64,000 bases of DNA, taken from the NCBI GenBank assembly GCA_040954595.2, contig JBECUI020000047.1, positions 1 through 64,000 of the forward strand, read 5' to 3'. This stretch comes from Balanoglossus misakiensis (Eukaryota; Animalia; Hemichordata). The translations under genes and the position numbers were made by a program. Shown here piece by piece: positions 9,996 to 21,659 of the stretch. How positions within the stretch are numbered: the stretch's first letter is position 1; the number at the start of each line of letters is the position of its first letter. The notes beneath the pieces are model-generated. The model was not told where the DNA came from, ran no database searches, and worked only from the letters and a program-made list of their open reading frames with translations.

Positions 9996-12044
9996 ATGCG
10001 TTCAGTTTGCATCACAGCCACTTCTCTTGTTGTTTTGTTCGCCTTTCTTTTTTCTTGTGGAGGTGCCAATACTACACCTGCTCCCCAAGTAAATCCTGCT
10101 ACTGATCTCTCCGTTCGCTTCTCGGCTGCTGATGAGATTTCTGTTTCATGGACTGCACCCGATCTGGAAACATACACCTATACCGTTACCCTAAAGGATC
10201 CAGATGGCAACACTGTTGCAGAAGGACCGGGAGTGCTCACTACTACTCATACGTTTACTGGACTTACTCTTTCGCCAAATACGGCCTACACCGTAGAGGT
10301 TACCGTACACAAAGGTGGGGGAACTTCGGAAGTAATTACCGTTTCTACCCCACAAACAGGTGAGGTTGTTGATGCGGGAAGTACTGCCAAGCAGATTGCT
10401 GCTCTACCGGGCAATAATCCCTTTGAAGAAATTATCGTTACTTGGGAGTCTCCCAGCAGTCCTGCACAAGAACCGATTGGATATATTATTCATCTGACCC
10501 CAACTGGCGGTGAAACACAGGAAATTCTGATTGATGATGCCTCACAACTAAGCCATGCCATATCAGGGTTAGAACTGGGGATTGAGTATTCTGTTGCCGT
10601 GAGTGTACGTTATGATAACGGGCTATCGACGATCATCACCGCACCAGAACGCATTAAAACATTTGTCGGCACCTTGCACATCGAATATGATCTTTCTGTT
10701 TCCAAAATCAATCTGAGTTGGAGCCCCATTGCTCCTGATCTGACCTACTTTGTCTATCTCACAACAGAAGAACCGTCCTCGGTTGATATTCTCATAGACG
10801 ATTCTTACAAACAGGAAGCACCGATATACGATACCGTACTCAATAAATGGGTTTTATACCTCGATGGGTTCACCCCAGCAACTCCCTATTATATTACGGT
10901 AACCGCAACAGGCGGGGATATTGTTGAAAACAGTGGTGTTCTTCCTATTCAAACACTAGAAGCAAAAGAACACCCCCCTGGTGTCATCTCGTCCATAACA
11001 AAGTTCCTCAGCGAAAAGGCAATCGACTCACTAACAATCGTCTGGGAAGGGGAATTACAACAAGGAACCGATGTCGATGGAAATTTTATTTCAAGCCTCT
11101 ACCAAGTGCAATACAGAAAAGAGGGGGCAATAGACTGGCTCAGTGCTCCTGAAGGATCAATTGGAGATGCTCTCAGCAGAACACTCAGTGGATTGGATGG
11201 AATAGAAAACTATGAAGTCCGGATACGGGCACTCAATAGTGGGAACCTGGCATTGGTAAGTGATTGGACTGAGGCCGGACCATTCCAAGCCAGCGGAATC
11301 CATAATCTGGTTATCCACGACAGCAATGGTGCAGTTTTGCCCATGACTCTTCCAGCAGGAGAGAGTACACAGCTTTTGATTCCAGAAGATACCTGGGTCA
11401 ATGTGGAGAATACCGATGTTATCTGGACAAGCAGCGATCCGAGCATCATTCGGGTGAGCAACGGACTGGTAACAGCCTTATCAGACGGAAGTGCCACTGT
11501 TCAAGCAGTAGCTGCAGCAGATGACACGAAGAGGGCAGAAATATCGGTTTTTGTTCCCGGATTTGGAATTATTGCTCCAAGAGTAACAAGGACAAGCATA
11601 GATTTTAACTGGGCGAGCCTCTCGTCTGCGCCACTGACTTACGGTGTCTATCTCTCGACAAGTGAAACTGATCTTATTAGTGAAGCAAACAAACATACGC
11701 CGATATTAGTGGGAAATACATGGAGTGTACTCCTGAGCGGCTTGAGTCCAGGAACCAACTACTTTGTAGTCATTACGGCAACAGATATTGACATTTCGGT
11801 TCAAAGCGCCGTACTTACGTTACGCACCAACGATTCGCAGGCAGAAGCACCACCGAGTGTCGGTACTATTGAAAAAGATCTGGAAGAGAAGGGGTTAGGA
11901 GCATTAAAGATTACTTGGGATGAAGTTCATGGAAGGATGTTGATGGGGATCTGGTTCCTAGCCAGTACAATATTCAGTATCGCGTGCATGGCACAAGCGA
12001 CACGTGGACCGATGCCGTTTCGAATAGTCCGAGCATTACTCTGA
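9996..12044 (+). CDS. Lipoprotein D, N-terminal part (MRSVC...FLFSC lipobox, multiple FN3, Big_2)
   Basis: GGAGG RBS 9986-9990, ATG 9996; homologous to the N-terminus of 16161..20246; frameshift at ~11933 continues into 11984..13027. Confidence 0.8.
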   Translation: MRSVCITATSLVVLFAFLFSCGGANTTPAPQVNPATDLSVRFSAADEISVSWTAPDLETYTYTVTLKDPDGNTVAEGPGVLTTTHTFTGLTLSPNTAYTVEVTVHKGGGTSEVITVSTPQTGEVVDAGSTAKQIAALPGNNPFEEIIVTWESPSSPAQEPIGYIIHLTPTGGETQEILIDDASQLSHAISGLELGIEYSVAVSVRYDNGLSTIITAPERIKTFVGTLHIEYDLSVSKINLSWSPIAPDLTYFVYLTTEEPSSVDILIDDSYKQEAPIYDTVLNKWVLYLDGFTPATPYYITVTATGGDIVENSGVLPIQTLEAKEHPPGVISSITKFLSEKAIDSLTIVWEGELQQGTDVDGNFISSLYQVQYRKEGAIDWLSAPEGSIGDALSRTLSGLDGIENYEVRIRALNSGNLALVSDWTEAGPFQASGIHNLVIHDSNGAVLPMTLPAGESTQLLIPEDTWVNVENTDVIWTSSDPSIIRVSNGLVTALSDGSATVQAVAAADDTKRAEISVFVPGFGIIAPRVTRTSIDFNWASLSSAPLTYGVYLSTSETDLISEANKHTPILVGNTWSVLLSGLSPGTNYFVVITATDIDISVQSAVLTLRTNDSQAEAPPSVGTIEKDLEEKGLGALKITWDEVHGRMLMGIWFLASTIFSIACMAQATRGPMPFRIVRALL

Positions 12045-13027
12045 GCAATTTAGTAGGCACGGAACAATATGATGTACAAATCATGGCAGTAAACAGAGCT
12101 GTTTCTCATTTGACCAGTAGCTGGTCCCCAGTAGTAACCCTGACTGCAAACGGGGTCTATTCTATCCATATAACCAAGGAAAATGGCAGTGCGTTGACCG
12201 AAGAGGATAAAAGCATACCCGCTTCTACTACTCTTGCATTAGCAGCAGATCTTGTAACAGAAAATATCAGTGATCTCGGAGTACAGTGGGGAGTAGAAAA
12301 CGAGAATCCTACTGTAGCCGGAGAAACGGTTGCTACCATAGGCACTGATGGGCTAGTAACTGCAGTATCAACAGGAACGCTTGAGGTAACAGTAGTTTCG
12401 ACCCTTGATACCAGCAAAAGTGACCGGATAACATTGACCATCCTACAGGCGGCTACTCCTCCCGCCGTGCCGAGTATAGGGAATATAAATTTTGAAGGAG
12501 TCGATCCGGACAGAAGGTATCGAGTAACGGTGGAGTGGACTGCTCCGACTGATCCGGGAACTCTTGTTGGTGGTGGGGCTGCAACAATAACTGGATATAC
12601 TCTTTCGTGGGGAAGGGTGGATTGGGCGGCGAGGATTGTGAGAGATGTGGGTGATGTCTTGTCGTACCCCATAGCGGGATTAGACCCCCAAGCCGTCTAC
12701 GAAATAACTATCATTGCACGAAATAGGGATGCAAAATCACCTCCATCAGCTGCAGAGCATACAAGAAGAGTTGTCAGTGTACCGGAGAACCCCTATTATA
12801 CCCAACCTATTTCAAAAGTTTACGGTACTGAGGGCATATACCATTTAGACAATAGAGAACCTCTTCTGAACATTGCTCAGGAGAACATGAGTGGAACTAT
12901 GAACTTCACAGTGTTTCCCCAGAACAGTCAGGATTTTCTGTTGCGGATTATAGTTCCAATCAATATCACAACTATTATGGTAGATTATTCGTCAACAAGA
13001 CTGTCCCAGTGGGAACATATCAGATAG
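11984..13027 (+). CDS. Lipoprotein D, middle part (FN3, Big_2)
   Basis: FN3 (VEWTAPTDPG...ITGYTLSW) and Big_2 (VATIGTDGLVTAVSTG) motifs; frameshift at ~12918 continues into the next ORF. Confidence 0.7.
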   Translation: MHGTSDTWTDAVSNSPSITLSNLVGTEQYDVQIMAVNRAVSHLTSSWSPVVTLTANGVYSIHITKENGSALTEEDKSIPASTTLALAADLVTENISDLGVQWGVENENPTVAGETVATIGTDGLVTAVSTGTLEVTVVSTLDTSKSDRITLTILQAATPPAVPSIGNINFEGVDPDRRYRVTVEWTAPTDPGTLVGGGAATITGYTLSWGRVDWAARIVRDVGDVLSYPIAGLDPQAVYEITIIARNRDAKSPPSAAEHTRRVVSVPENPYYTQPISKVYGTEGIYHLDNREPLLNIAQENMSGTMNFTVFPQNSQDFLLRIIVPINITTIMVDYSSTRLSQWEHIR

Positions 13028-15717
13028 AAACTAAAATAACCCACGATACCTATTGGGGTGAAATAATTGTTAGTGCAACCGTATCAGTAACTCTTATCCA
13101 GCTTAACACGTACCACTTGGCATACGGGACACTTCCCGATGCACGAGAGGGAGTAGCTCAATCCTATCCGCCGATCAGGAATACCATTCCTACTGCAGCA
13201 GCTCCGACGTATAGCATTACTGCTATTTCAGGTAGCCTTCCAGCTGAAATTAGTATTGATGCTGACGGAACAATACAAGTAGCAGCTTCCGTTGCATCTG
13301 GAACCTATCCGGTACGGGTAACTGCAAGCCCGACAAATAGCAATTATGGCGGAACACGTACCGCCGAACTGACTATTATTGTTGTGGGATCGAATGCCAT
13401 AACTGGGTCCATAAACTATCCGGTTATTGATCATCCGTATAACGATGTAGCCCCGAAAACCTATACGGCAACAGTGGAAGATCTGCCGAGCGGATTAACA
13501 GCCGATCTCTTGAGTTACCGTATTGCATCGGTACGCCGAAACGACATTGTTCTTCCCTCTTTTACCGGGATAGTAACAATCGATACAACTGGTATGGTAA
13601 CAATGGCTACTAATGCACCAGCAGGAAGGTATGAGATACAGATAGAAGCGACAAATAGTGGCTATAGCGGAGTTCTCGTGACAGCTCTTTCAGGAACAGT
13701 GGCAAAAATTTCACTGCCTGCGGATGCATTCGACTATGGCATTCTTGCTCGAGTGCCGAGTAATACCACGACGACTTATTTGCCGCAAACAAATAACCTT
13801 CCCACTGATACTGGAACAAAGATATACAGCTTGGCTCCTTCTATCTCGGGTATAAGCATTAATGGAGGAACAGGGGAAATAACAGTGGATGATACCACTG
13901 TTCCGAGTGGATACCAACTGCAAGTTACTCTGTTTACGGACAACTATGAGGATAAAACAGTTGATCTGTATCTCTATATTGGAGACAGTAATCTGATATA
14001 CAAAGGAAACTTTCATGCAGTATCACAGGCATACTTTAGCATTGGAGATATTGCCAATCCTTTCCTTTTTAGTCTTGCAGACAGTACGGGAACGGGAACA
14101 ACAGCAAAGATAGAGATAGGAGATGGAACGAGCATCTTCTACGATAGTGGCGATACCACAGATACTGTTACAGTTGATTCGGCAGGGAATGTCGGCATAG
14201 GTCCTATCGGAGCAAATCAGCAAAACATGGATTGGAACTGGGCTGCCTTGAATGGAATAACAACCGTTCAGATAAGAGTCAGTGTAACCGAGGGGAGTAA
14301 TTCCGACAGTAAGACAGTTTCGATAAGCAAGAGTGGTGATGGAGATATATACACATGGCGAGACCTTCAGGCAATGGCAGACAAGCTGGATGGTACATAC
14401 GAGCTGAAAGCAAATATTGACTTTCCTCCTCTGGGAATAAGCGGGCTACCGTCTACTGGATTTATACCGGTAGGAAGGACCTCTGCTGCCTTTACTGGTA
14501 GCTTGAACGGAGGGGCAGGATATGTTATTCGCAATTTTGCCATAAACGACACAACTAGAACACGAGCGGGACTATTTGGGCTTGCTACAGGAAATTTTGC
14601 AAGCAATCTTGTTTTTATTGATCCATCGGTGTATGCAAAGAGGATAGCAGGGGTCCTTGCTGGTGAAGGAAGAAGCGGAACAGTAGACTCCGTTCATATT
14701 CGGGTAACCAAACCTCAAGACGTTGTAAGAACAACCGGTGTAATAACTCTTAATGTCTATTACACTGGCACTTATATTGGGGGCATAATGGGTATAAGTA
14801 ATGGTATGCATTTGAGGCAGGTTGAAAATGCAGGAAATGTGAATGGTGCGGTAGGGGGTATGGTTGGTGGACTTGTTGGACAAGCCAAAGATGCACATGT
14901 GGAGGGGTGGACAAGTGGGGATGTCATTGGACAGGACCATACAGGAGGGCTTGCGGGAGAGATTTTCGAAGAACCCCAAGATTCCGAAGAAAGTGAGACT
15001 CGTCTTGCTGGATACTCGCTTGGAAATATTACTGGTGAGGAGTATGTAGGAGGGCTTGCCGGATATGCAGGCTGCAATGTCTACGGCTATTCGCAAGGGG
15101 AAGTGAGTGGAACAAACCGTATAGGGGGACTAGTAGGAGCTCTTTGGAATTGGGATGCTTTTGGATATAGTACTGCCACGATCGAAGTGAGAAGAACAAA
15201 TTCCTATCCTGCCTATGGTGGGATAGCCGGGCAGTCGGAGAATGCCAGAGTAATAACAGGCCTTTCATTTATTACACGACTAGGATTGGATCAAGCAAGA
15301 TTTGGAGGATTAACGGGTGATATATGGCATGCAAACAAACAAGAACTATATGGGTATTATAGTGCCGTAACTACTGGATTATCCGCCGGCCGGGCCTACT
15401 ATGCACTGGATAGTTCGAATACTATAATCAATCACGAATATGGACTGCTTAGCAGTGAGCGAAACCTTGAAAGACGAGGATCGGGTACTCCCGACGATCC
15501 GTACACCTATTGGGACGATGATGGCGATTCTACTACCACAACTGCTGGTAAGGAACTGTTTACGAATACACATGGGTTTACCATTCATCAAAACTCAGGA
15601 GGAACTACGGATCATTTTGGAGACTGGGTCTGGTTGGGAAACGGCAAAGCACCAGGGCTTTGGGATACGGATGAGAAACGCTACTTTGGCGATCAACCCA
15701 TATATAAGGAAGATTAG
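13009..15717 (+). CDS. Lipoprotein D, C-terminal part: Ig-like repeats and GLUG-motif domain
   Basis: IYTWRDLQAM...YELKANIDF...FIPVG...FTGSLNG entry motif, then repeated VGGLVG/TGGLAG/VGGLAG/IGGLVG motifs. Confidence 0.75.
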   Translation: MGTYQIETKITHDTYWGEIIVSATVSVTLIQLNTYHLAYGTLPDAREGVAQSYPPIRNTIPTAAAPTYSITAISGSLPAEISIDADGTIQVAASVASGTYPVRVTASPTNSNYGGTRTAELTIIVVGSNAITGSINYPVIDHPYNDVAPKTYTATVEDLPSGLTADLLSYRIASVRRNDIVLPSFTGIVTIDTTGMVTMATNAPAGRYEIQIEATNSGYSGVLVTALSGTVAKISLPADAFDYGILARVPSNTTTTYLPQTNNLPTDTGTKIYSLAPSISGISINGGTGEITVDDTTVPSGYQLQVTLFTDNYEDKTVDLYLYIGDSNLIYKGNFHAVSQAYFSIGDIANPFLFSLADSTGTGTTAKIEIGDGTSIFYDSGDTTDTVTVDSAGNVGIGPIGANQQNMDWNWAALNGITTVQIRVSVTEGSNSDSKTVSISKSGDGDIYTWRDLQAMADKLDGTYELKANIDFPPLGISGLPSTGFIPVGRTSAAFTGSLNGGAGYVIRNFAINDTTRTRAGLFGLATGNFASNLVFIDPSVYAKRIAGVLAGEGRSGTVDSVHIRVTKPQDVVRTTGVITLNVYYTGTYIGGIMGISNGMHLRQVENAGNVNGAVGGMVGGLVGQAKDAHVEGWTSGDVIGQDHTGGLAGEIFEEPQDSEESETRLAGYSLGNITGEEYVGGLAGYAGCNVYGYSQGEVSGTNRIGGLVGALWNWDAFGYSTATIEVRRTNSYPAYGGIAGQSENARVITGLSFITRLGLDQARFGGLTGDIWHANKQELYGYYSAVTTGLSAGRAYYALDSSNTIINHEYGLLSSERNLERRGSGTPDDPYTYWDDDGDSTTTTAGKELFTNTHGFTIHQNSGGTTDHFGDWVWLGNGKAPGLWDTDEKRYFGDQPIYKED

Positions 15718-16160
15718 GTAAAAATAAGTACAGCCTTTTTCCCCCTGGGGATTCTCGTGGGTGTGTTATTTGATTTTTACTTAATTGTGTACTTAAAATT
15801 TATATAAGCCCCCATCCGCCACCCCCACCCTCAAGGGGGTGGTATTGGGAACTACTGCAAAAAGTGGCTGTTTGATTGATCTTTTTCCATGCCGTTCATA
15901 AAAAAATCAAATCTTTCTTAAAAAAGTAAAAAAATGAGCTCCGTGCAAGAACATTTTCGCTGAAATTACCCGTAGTGAATCCCAAAAACAAAACATATCA
16001 TAGCGTTTTTCCTCTTTACTATCTATTTCGACATCCCAAAAAGCTCCATTTCATGAGTTTTTTGGAGGGATGTGCTTTTTTTTCAGTATTATACTTGAAA
16101 CTTTTACCTTTCTGCATTAAACTTCTTCGTTAGTACTTTATACTGCTTTGGAGGATTATA

Positions 16161-19100
16161 ATGCGCTCAGTCATTATTGCTGTTGCTACAACTTTTCTTG
16201 TTGTAGCGTTTGCTTTTGTTATTTCTTGTGGAGGTGTCGGTACTACAACTGCTCCTCTAGTAAATCCTGCGACTGATCTCTCAGTTACCTTTTCGGCTGC
16301 TGATGAGATTGCTGTTTCATGGGCTGCACCCGATCAGGAAACATACACCTATACCGTTACTCTGCAGGATCCGGATGGCAACATTGTTGCAGAAGAACTG
16401 GCAGAGACCACTACTCATACGTTTACTGGACTCACTCTTTCGCCAAAAACGGTCTACACCGTAGAGGTTACCGTACACAAAGGTGGGGGAACTTCGGAAG
16501 TAATTACCCTTCCCACACCACAAACAGGTGATGTCGTCTCTCCAGGAAGTAGTGTTACGGATGTGCAAGTGCCACAAGCAGAAGAAAGAGGACTGACCGT
16601 TACCTGGACAGCTCCGACAACAACAACACCAGTAGAACACCATCTCATTCGTTTGACACCAAAAGGTGGAACGGCACTGGAAGATATTATAGTACCTGGT
16701 GACGTAAACGAGTATCTCGTCACTGGCTTGGAGCCGGGAACAGAGTATACGGTGTCTGTCATAACCGTCTATACAGAAGGACAGAGCACCGCCATACAGA
16801 CCGAGGTGCAAACAGGGATTGGAACCCTGCAAATTGATCATTTTGAAGCATCAGCAACAGCTATTGATATCTGGTGGCAAGACATTGCACCGCAGGAACT
16901 GACCTATAGCGTCTATTTTTCTTTGGATGAGGCAACGGTCAAAGATGAGGCAAACAAACAAGAAGGTGTAACATACGATGATGCCCAAAGTATGTGGAAA
17001 CTCAGCCTAACCGGACTCACTCCAGAGACTGTCTACCATGTATTTATTCAGGCAACAGGAGCAATTACTGCAGAAAGTGTGGTGGAGCAAGTCACAACAG
17101 GGACATCGGGAGCAGCAGCACCCCCGGCAGTTTCTGTAGATACAATCATCAAAGATGAAACCGAGAAAGAGGTTGGTTCTTTGAAACTGAACTGGGGTCC
17201 TGTCCGAGGAAAGGATGCCGAGGGAAACTTTGTTGATAGTACCTACATGGTAGAGTATAGCCTTCCCCCAGAGACCAATTGGATCAGTGAAACCGTACTT
17301 GTACCCTCCATCACCCTTACTGGGTTAGAGGAAGCAAGTGAGTATAATATTCGCATACAAGCAATCAGTACCTTTGACACAAACATGATGAGTGACTGGA
17401 CCGAAGTATCACTTTTTACGAATGGCATTCGTCCATTAGCGATACACGATAGCAGTGGAGCAATTACTGAGTTAACCATATCAGCAGGAGAAAAAAAGCA
17501 GTTAAGCGTTCCTGCATCCCTCTGGATCAATGTGGATGATACGGCCGTAACATGGACAAGTAGTAGTGATGCAGTGGTAAGGGTCGTTGATGGAGAGGTA
17601 GAAGCAGTAACAGAAGGAACAGCAAGCATAACCGCAACGGCTGTTGCAGATATTCAGAAAACAGTAACCATCGATGTTACGGTGCCCGGATTTGGTCTGA
17701 TTGGATCTGAAGTATCGGCAACGGGTATAAATCTGAACTGGAGTGCCGTCTCAACTGCATTGTTGACATACGAGGTCTATCTCTCGAATAACGAGAACGG
17801 TCTTGTTGAAGCGGGGAATAAGCAGGACGTTCCGGTATTGGATGAGGTAACAAATCGATGGACACTGAGCATAATTGGACTACATCCCGAAACGACCTAC
17901 TATGTTGTTGTTCGTGCAATAGGAGATGGGGGAGTCAGTGTAGAAACAAACACCACCACCATCACGACCGCCCAATCAGGAGCACGAGCACCGGCAGCAG
18001 TTGATGAACATAGCGTTAGCAAGGATGAAGCCGTAAAGGAGATTGGATCACTCAAACTGAACTGGGTTGCTGTCCAGGGAACCGATGTAAATGGAAACTT
18101 CGTTGACAGTACCTATAATGTGGAGTATCGCCTCAGTAGCAGTACTGGATCATGGACGGGGGCATCGCCAAGCTCCAGTCCTACCATTACCCTCACCGGG
18201 TTAACGGGGGCAAGTGAATACTATATTCGTATTCAGGCAGTCAATACTGCTGATTCAAACTTGTCCAGTGCCACAATAGAAGCAGGGCCATTTTTTGCGA
18301 ACGGGATCCACGCATTAGATATCCATGATGCTCAAGGTTACCACGTCACCGAATTGACTCTTACTGTTGGTGAGAGCCAAACGCTGAATGTCCCTGGAAG
18401 ATACTGGGTCAATGTAGAGAATACCTCAGTAAGCTGGGTAAGTAGTGACAATACCATTGTAGAAGTAACAGATGGAAGGGTTGAGGCAATAACAGATGGA
18501 AGTGCCACAATAACGGCAGCGGCAGAAGCAGACTTAACCAATTCTACATCGATAACGGTTACAGTTCCAGGATTAAGCAATGTGGTTCTGTATGGTGAGA
18601 CTAGCCTTACTACTACCTATGGAGAAACAGTTTCGCTTGTTCCTGCACCAACTAATCTACCGGCAGCAGGATTGTCGTTGACCTACACAGGTACGGACAC
18701 TGTCGCGGGCATTACCGTGGCAAACGATGGAACCATAACTATTGGTGACACCACATCGGCAGGGGATCATACCCTGACCATAACAGCGAGTGCCGATGGC
18801 TACACGAGTACGGCAAGTCATCAGATAGCCATAACAGTCAATCCGAAGGCAACGGATGAGTATCTGGTCTATCCAGAAGGAGAATTTACTAGGGGAGAGG
18901 CATATACACCAACTAGATCTGCCCCACCGGAAGCTGGATTGAGTTATGCCATGAATCCAATTCCGACTGGATGGAGCATTGACACAACAAGTGGGACCAT
19001 CTCTATCGCTTCAGATGCAGAAGCTGGGCTACAAACGGTTACTGTAACGGCAAGTCCAAGCAGTACTAACTATGCCCCTGGCAGTGTTGAGTTGTCTAAG

Positions 19101-20246
19101 ACAATTGCCGACCTGACGTCCTTTATAACACGATGGGAAACAACAGAAGCCAATCAAAGGGTGGTGATTCCCGTGGGAGGCGGTACAGCAAGCTATAATA
19201 TAGACTGGGGCGATGGAGCAGCGGTAGAAACACTTTCTGTCACAGCAGGCCATACCTATGCAGAAGCAGGAGAATACACCGTTACGATAAGTAATAGTTT
19301 CCAGCAGATACGGCTGGGAGAAACAACAGCAGAAATAGCAGCACTCCTTAAGTCCATTGATCAGTGGGGCACCGCACAATGGATTAGTATGGGGTTGGCA
19401 TTTGCCAATGCCAGCAACATGACGATGGCAGCAACCGACATTCCTGATCTCTCAGGAGTAACCGATATGTCTTCCATGTTTTCCTCTGCCAGCAGCTTCA
19501 ATGGAGCTATCGGTGGCTGGGACACCTCCAATGTAACCGATATGCGTAACATGTTCTCTGGGACAAGCGTCTTTAATCAGGACTTGAGCAACTGGGACAC
19601 TAGCGCGGTAACCGATATGTCTTTCATGTTTTCCTCTGCCAGCAGCTTCAATGGAGCTATCGGTGGCTGGGACACCTCCAAGGTAACCAAGATGAATAGC
19701 ATGTTCTCTGGGGCAAGCGTCTTTAATCAGGACTTGAGCAACTGGAGCACTAGCGCGGTCACCGATATGAATAACATGTTCGTTGGGGCAAGTGCTTTTA
19801 ATCAGGACTTGAGCAACTGGAACACCTCCAATGTAACCGATATGAGTTTCATGTTCCTTGGGGCAATTGTCTTTAATCAGGACTTGAGCAAGTGGAACAT
19901 CTCCCAGGTAACCAATATGACTAGCATGTTCCTTAATGCAAACCAATTCGTTCAAGACCTCGGTCCATGGTATATTACCTTACCGCAGACGACCATCTCG
20001 GTAGGCACGCCATTAACCATTGCAGCACAGAATAACGTCCTTGAAGCACAACTGGGCAATCCGAAGTACATTCTGCCGGTAGATAGTACAACCGACAACG
20101 ATAAGTTCAGCATTACCAGCGGAACAACCTTGAATGTCGAGAACAGTACTCTGTCTGGTCCCTATACGATAAAGATAGAAGCAGCAGATGCCGATTTTAG
20201 TACACCACTGAACCCAACTGTGGAGTTTAATATAACGGTACCGTAG
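16161..20246 (+). CDS. Long-stalk lipoprotein E (1361 aa, intact): lipobox VISC, multiple FN3, 2 Big_2, PKD-like, 7 DUF285 repeats; no SSR
   Basis: Single ORF with GGAGG RBS; candidate promoter TTGAAA-17-TAAACT at ~16095-16123. Confidence 0.9.
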   Translation: MRSVIIAVATTFLVVAFAFVISCGGVGTTTAPLVNPATDLSVTFSAADEIAVSWAAPDQETYTYTVTLQDPDGNIVAEELAETTTHTFTGLTLSPKTVYTVEVTVHKGGGTSEVITLPTPQTGDVVSPGSSVTDVQVPQAEERGLTVTWTAPTTTTPVEHHLIRLTPKGGTALEDIIVPGDVNEYLVTGLEPGTEYTVSVITVYTEGQSTAIQTEVQTGIGTLQIDHFEASATAIDIWWQDIAPQELTYSVYFSLDEATVKDEANKQEGVTYDDAQSMWKLSLTGLTPETVYHVFIQATGAITAESVVEQVTTGTSGAAAPPAVSVDTIIKDETEKEVGSLKLNWGPVRGKDAEGNFVDSTYMVEYSLPPETNWISETVLVPSITLTGLEEASEYNIRIQAISTFDTNMMSDWTEVSLFTNGIRPLAIHDSSGAITELTISAGEKKQLSVPASLWINVDDTAVTWTSSSDAVVRVVDGEVEAVTEGTASITATAVADIQKTVTIDVTVPGFGLIGSEVSATGINLNWSAVSTALLTYEVYLSNNENGLVEAGNKQDVPVLDEVTNRWTLSIIGLHPETTYYVVVRAIGDGGVSVETNTTTITTAQSGARAPAAVDEHSVSKDEAVKEIGSLKLNWVAVQGTDVNGNFVDSTYNVEYRLSSSTGSWTGASPSSSPTITLTGLTGASEYYIRIQAVNTADSNLSSATIEAGPFFANGIHALDIHDAQGYHVTELTLTVGESQTLNVPGRYWVNVENTSVSWVSSDNTIVEVTDGRVEAITDGSATITAAAEADLTNSTSITVTVPGLSNVVLYGETSLTTTYGETVSLVPAPTNLPAAGLSLTYTGTDTVAGITVANDGTITIGDTTSAGDHTLTITASADGYTSTASHQIAITVNPKATDEYLVYPEGEFTRGEAYTPTRSAPPEAGLSYAMNPIPTGWSIDTTSGTISIASDAEAGLQTVTVTASPSSTNYAPGSVELSKTIADLTSFITRWETTEANQRVVIPVGGGTASYNIDWGDGAAVETLSVTAGHTYAEAGEYTVTISNSFQQIRLGETTAEIAALLKSIDQWGTAQWISMGLAFANASNMTMAATDIPDLSGVTDMSSMFSSASSFNGAIGGWDTSNVTDMRNMFSGTSVFNQDLSNWDTSAVTDMSFMFSSASSFNGAIGGWDTSKVTKMNSMFSGASVFNQDLSNWSTSAVTDMNNMFVGASAFNQDLSNWNTSNVTDMSFMFLGAIVFNQDLSKWNISQVTNMTSMFLNANQFVQDLGPWYITLPQTTISVGTPLTIAAQNNVLEAQLGNPKYILPVDSTTDNDKFSITSGTTLNVENSTLSGPYTIKIEAADADFSTPLNPTVEFNITVP

Positions 20247-20255
20247 CCATTTCCG

Positions 20256-20292
20256 AAAAACAGCGGGGCTTTAGTGCTCCGCTGTTTTTTTG
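20256..20292 (+). terminator. Intrinsic terminator
   Basis: AAAAACAGCGGGGC-TTTAGT-GCTCCGCTG followed by T8. Confidence 0.8.
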
Positions 20293-20569
20293 ACTATAGT
20301 TTTATCCCCTCCACAGCCCCCCCATTGTTGTATCAATAACCCCTGCGCAATCTATCTGATTTGATTGAAACTTTCCCTTTGCGCATTATCTTTTTAAGGC
20401 TCTTGGGCTGATAGGGGACTCTGTCTCGGGTTACAAAGATGTGGCTGCTCTGCTTGCTTATAGCCAAAGCAGCCAAACGGACAGCTATGCCACCGGGATT
20501 GTCTCTGGGGGGTAGTTTACAAGGTACCATAACCAACAGCTACCGCTACGACAAGCAGATCATCCCCTG

Positions 20570-21659
20570 AGCAATACTAACTATGCAGGGGGGAGTGTTG
20601 CATTGACTAAGTCTGTTGCCGCCCCGTCGTCCTTTGTAACACTACCTGGGAAACAACAGCAGCCAATCAAAGCGTGGTGATTCCCGTGGGAAGTCGTACA
20701 GCAAGTTATGATATAGACTGGGGCGATGGAACGGTAGAAACACTTTCTCCACAGCAAGCATACCTATGCAGCAGCAGGGGAATACACAGTTACGATAAGT
20801 AATAGTTTCCACTAGATACGGCTGACAGATACAACAGCAGAAATAGCAGCACGCCTTAAGTCCATTGATCAGTGGGGCACAGCACAATGGATTAGTATGG
20901 GGGGGGCATTTGCCAATGCCAGCAACATGACGATGGCAGCAACCGACATTCCTGATCTCTCAGGAGTAGCCGATATGGGTTCCATGTTTGCCTCTGCAAG
21001 CAGCTTCAATGGAGCTGTCGGTGGCTGGGATACGTCAAATGTAACTGATATGGGTAGCATGTTCTCTGGGGCAAGTGCCTTCAATGGAGCACTTAGTGGT
21101 TGGGATACGTCAGTGGAATAAACCATATAGGGGGATTAGTAGAAGTATTTGGGCTTGGAGTGTTTTGGATATAGTACTGCCACGATCGAAGCGAGAAGCG
21201 CAGATATATCCTATTCTGCCTATGGTGGGTTAGTCGGGAAGTTGGAGGATGCCAGAGTACTAACTTTCCTTTATTACACGAACAGGATTGCAACAAGCAG
21301 ACATTGGAGGATTAACGGGTGATATATTTAATGCAAACAGACAAGAACTATATGGGTATTATAGTGCCGTAACTACTGGATTATCCGCCGACCAGGCCTA
21401 CTATGAACTGAAAGACGAGGATGGGCACTCCCGACAATATCCTGTACACCTATTGGGACGACGATGGCGATTCTACTACCACAACTGCTGGTACGGAACT
21501 GTTTGCGAATACATGTGGGTTTACCATTCATCAAAACTCAGGCGGAACTGCGACCATTTTGGAGACTGGGTCTGGTTGGGAAACGGCAAAGCACCAAGAC
21601 TCTGGGATACGGATGAGAAACGCTACCTTGGCGATCAGCCCATACACAAGGAAGAATAG
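20570..21659 (+). pseudogene. Chimeric relic: PKD/DUF285 fragment fused to a GLUG C-terminal fragment
   Basis: 20570-21110 matches the PKD + first DUF285 repeats with stops; 21110-21659 matches 15105-15717 (HFGDWVWLGNGKAP...DEKRY.GDQPI). Confidence 0.75.

Noticed and set aside
15805-16075. Hairpins between genes D and E (CCACCCCC...GGGGGTGG; CCCAAAAAGCTC...GAGTTTTTTGG) as a structured ncRNA
   Set aside because: Single short stems compatible with terminators or chance; no recognisable RNA family or covariation evidence.
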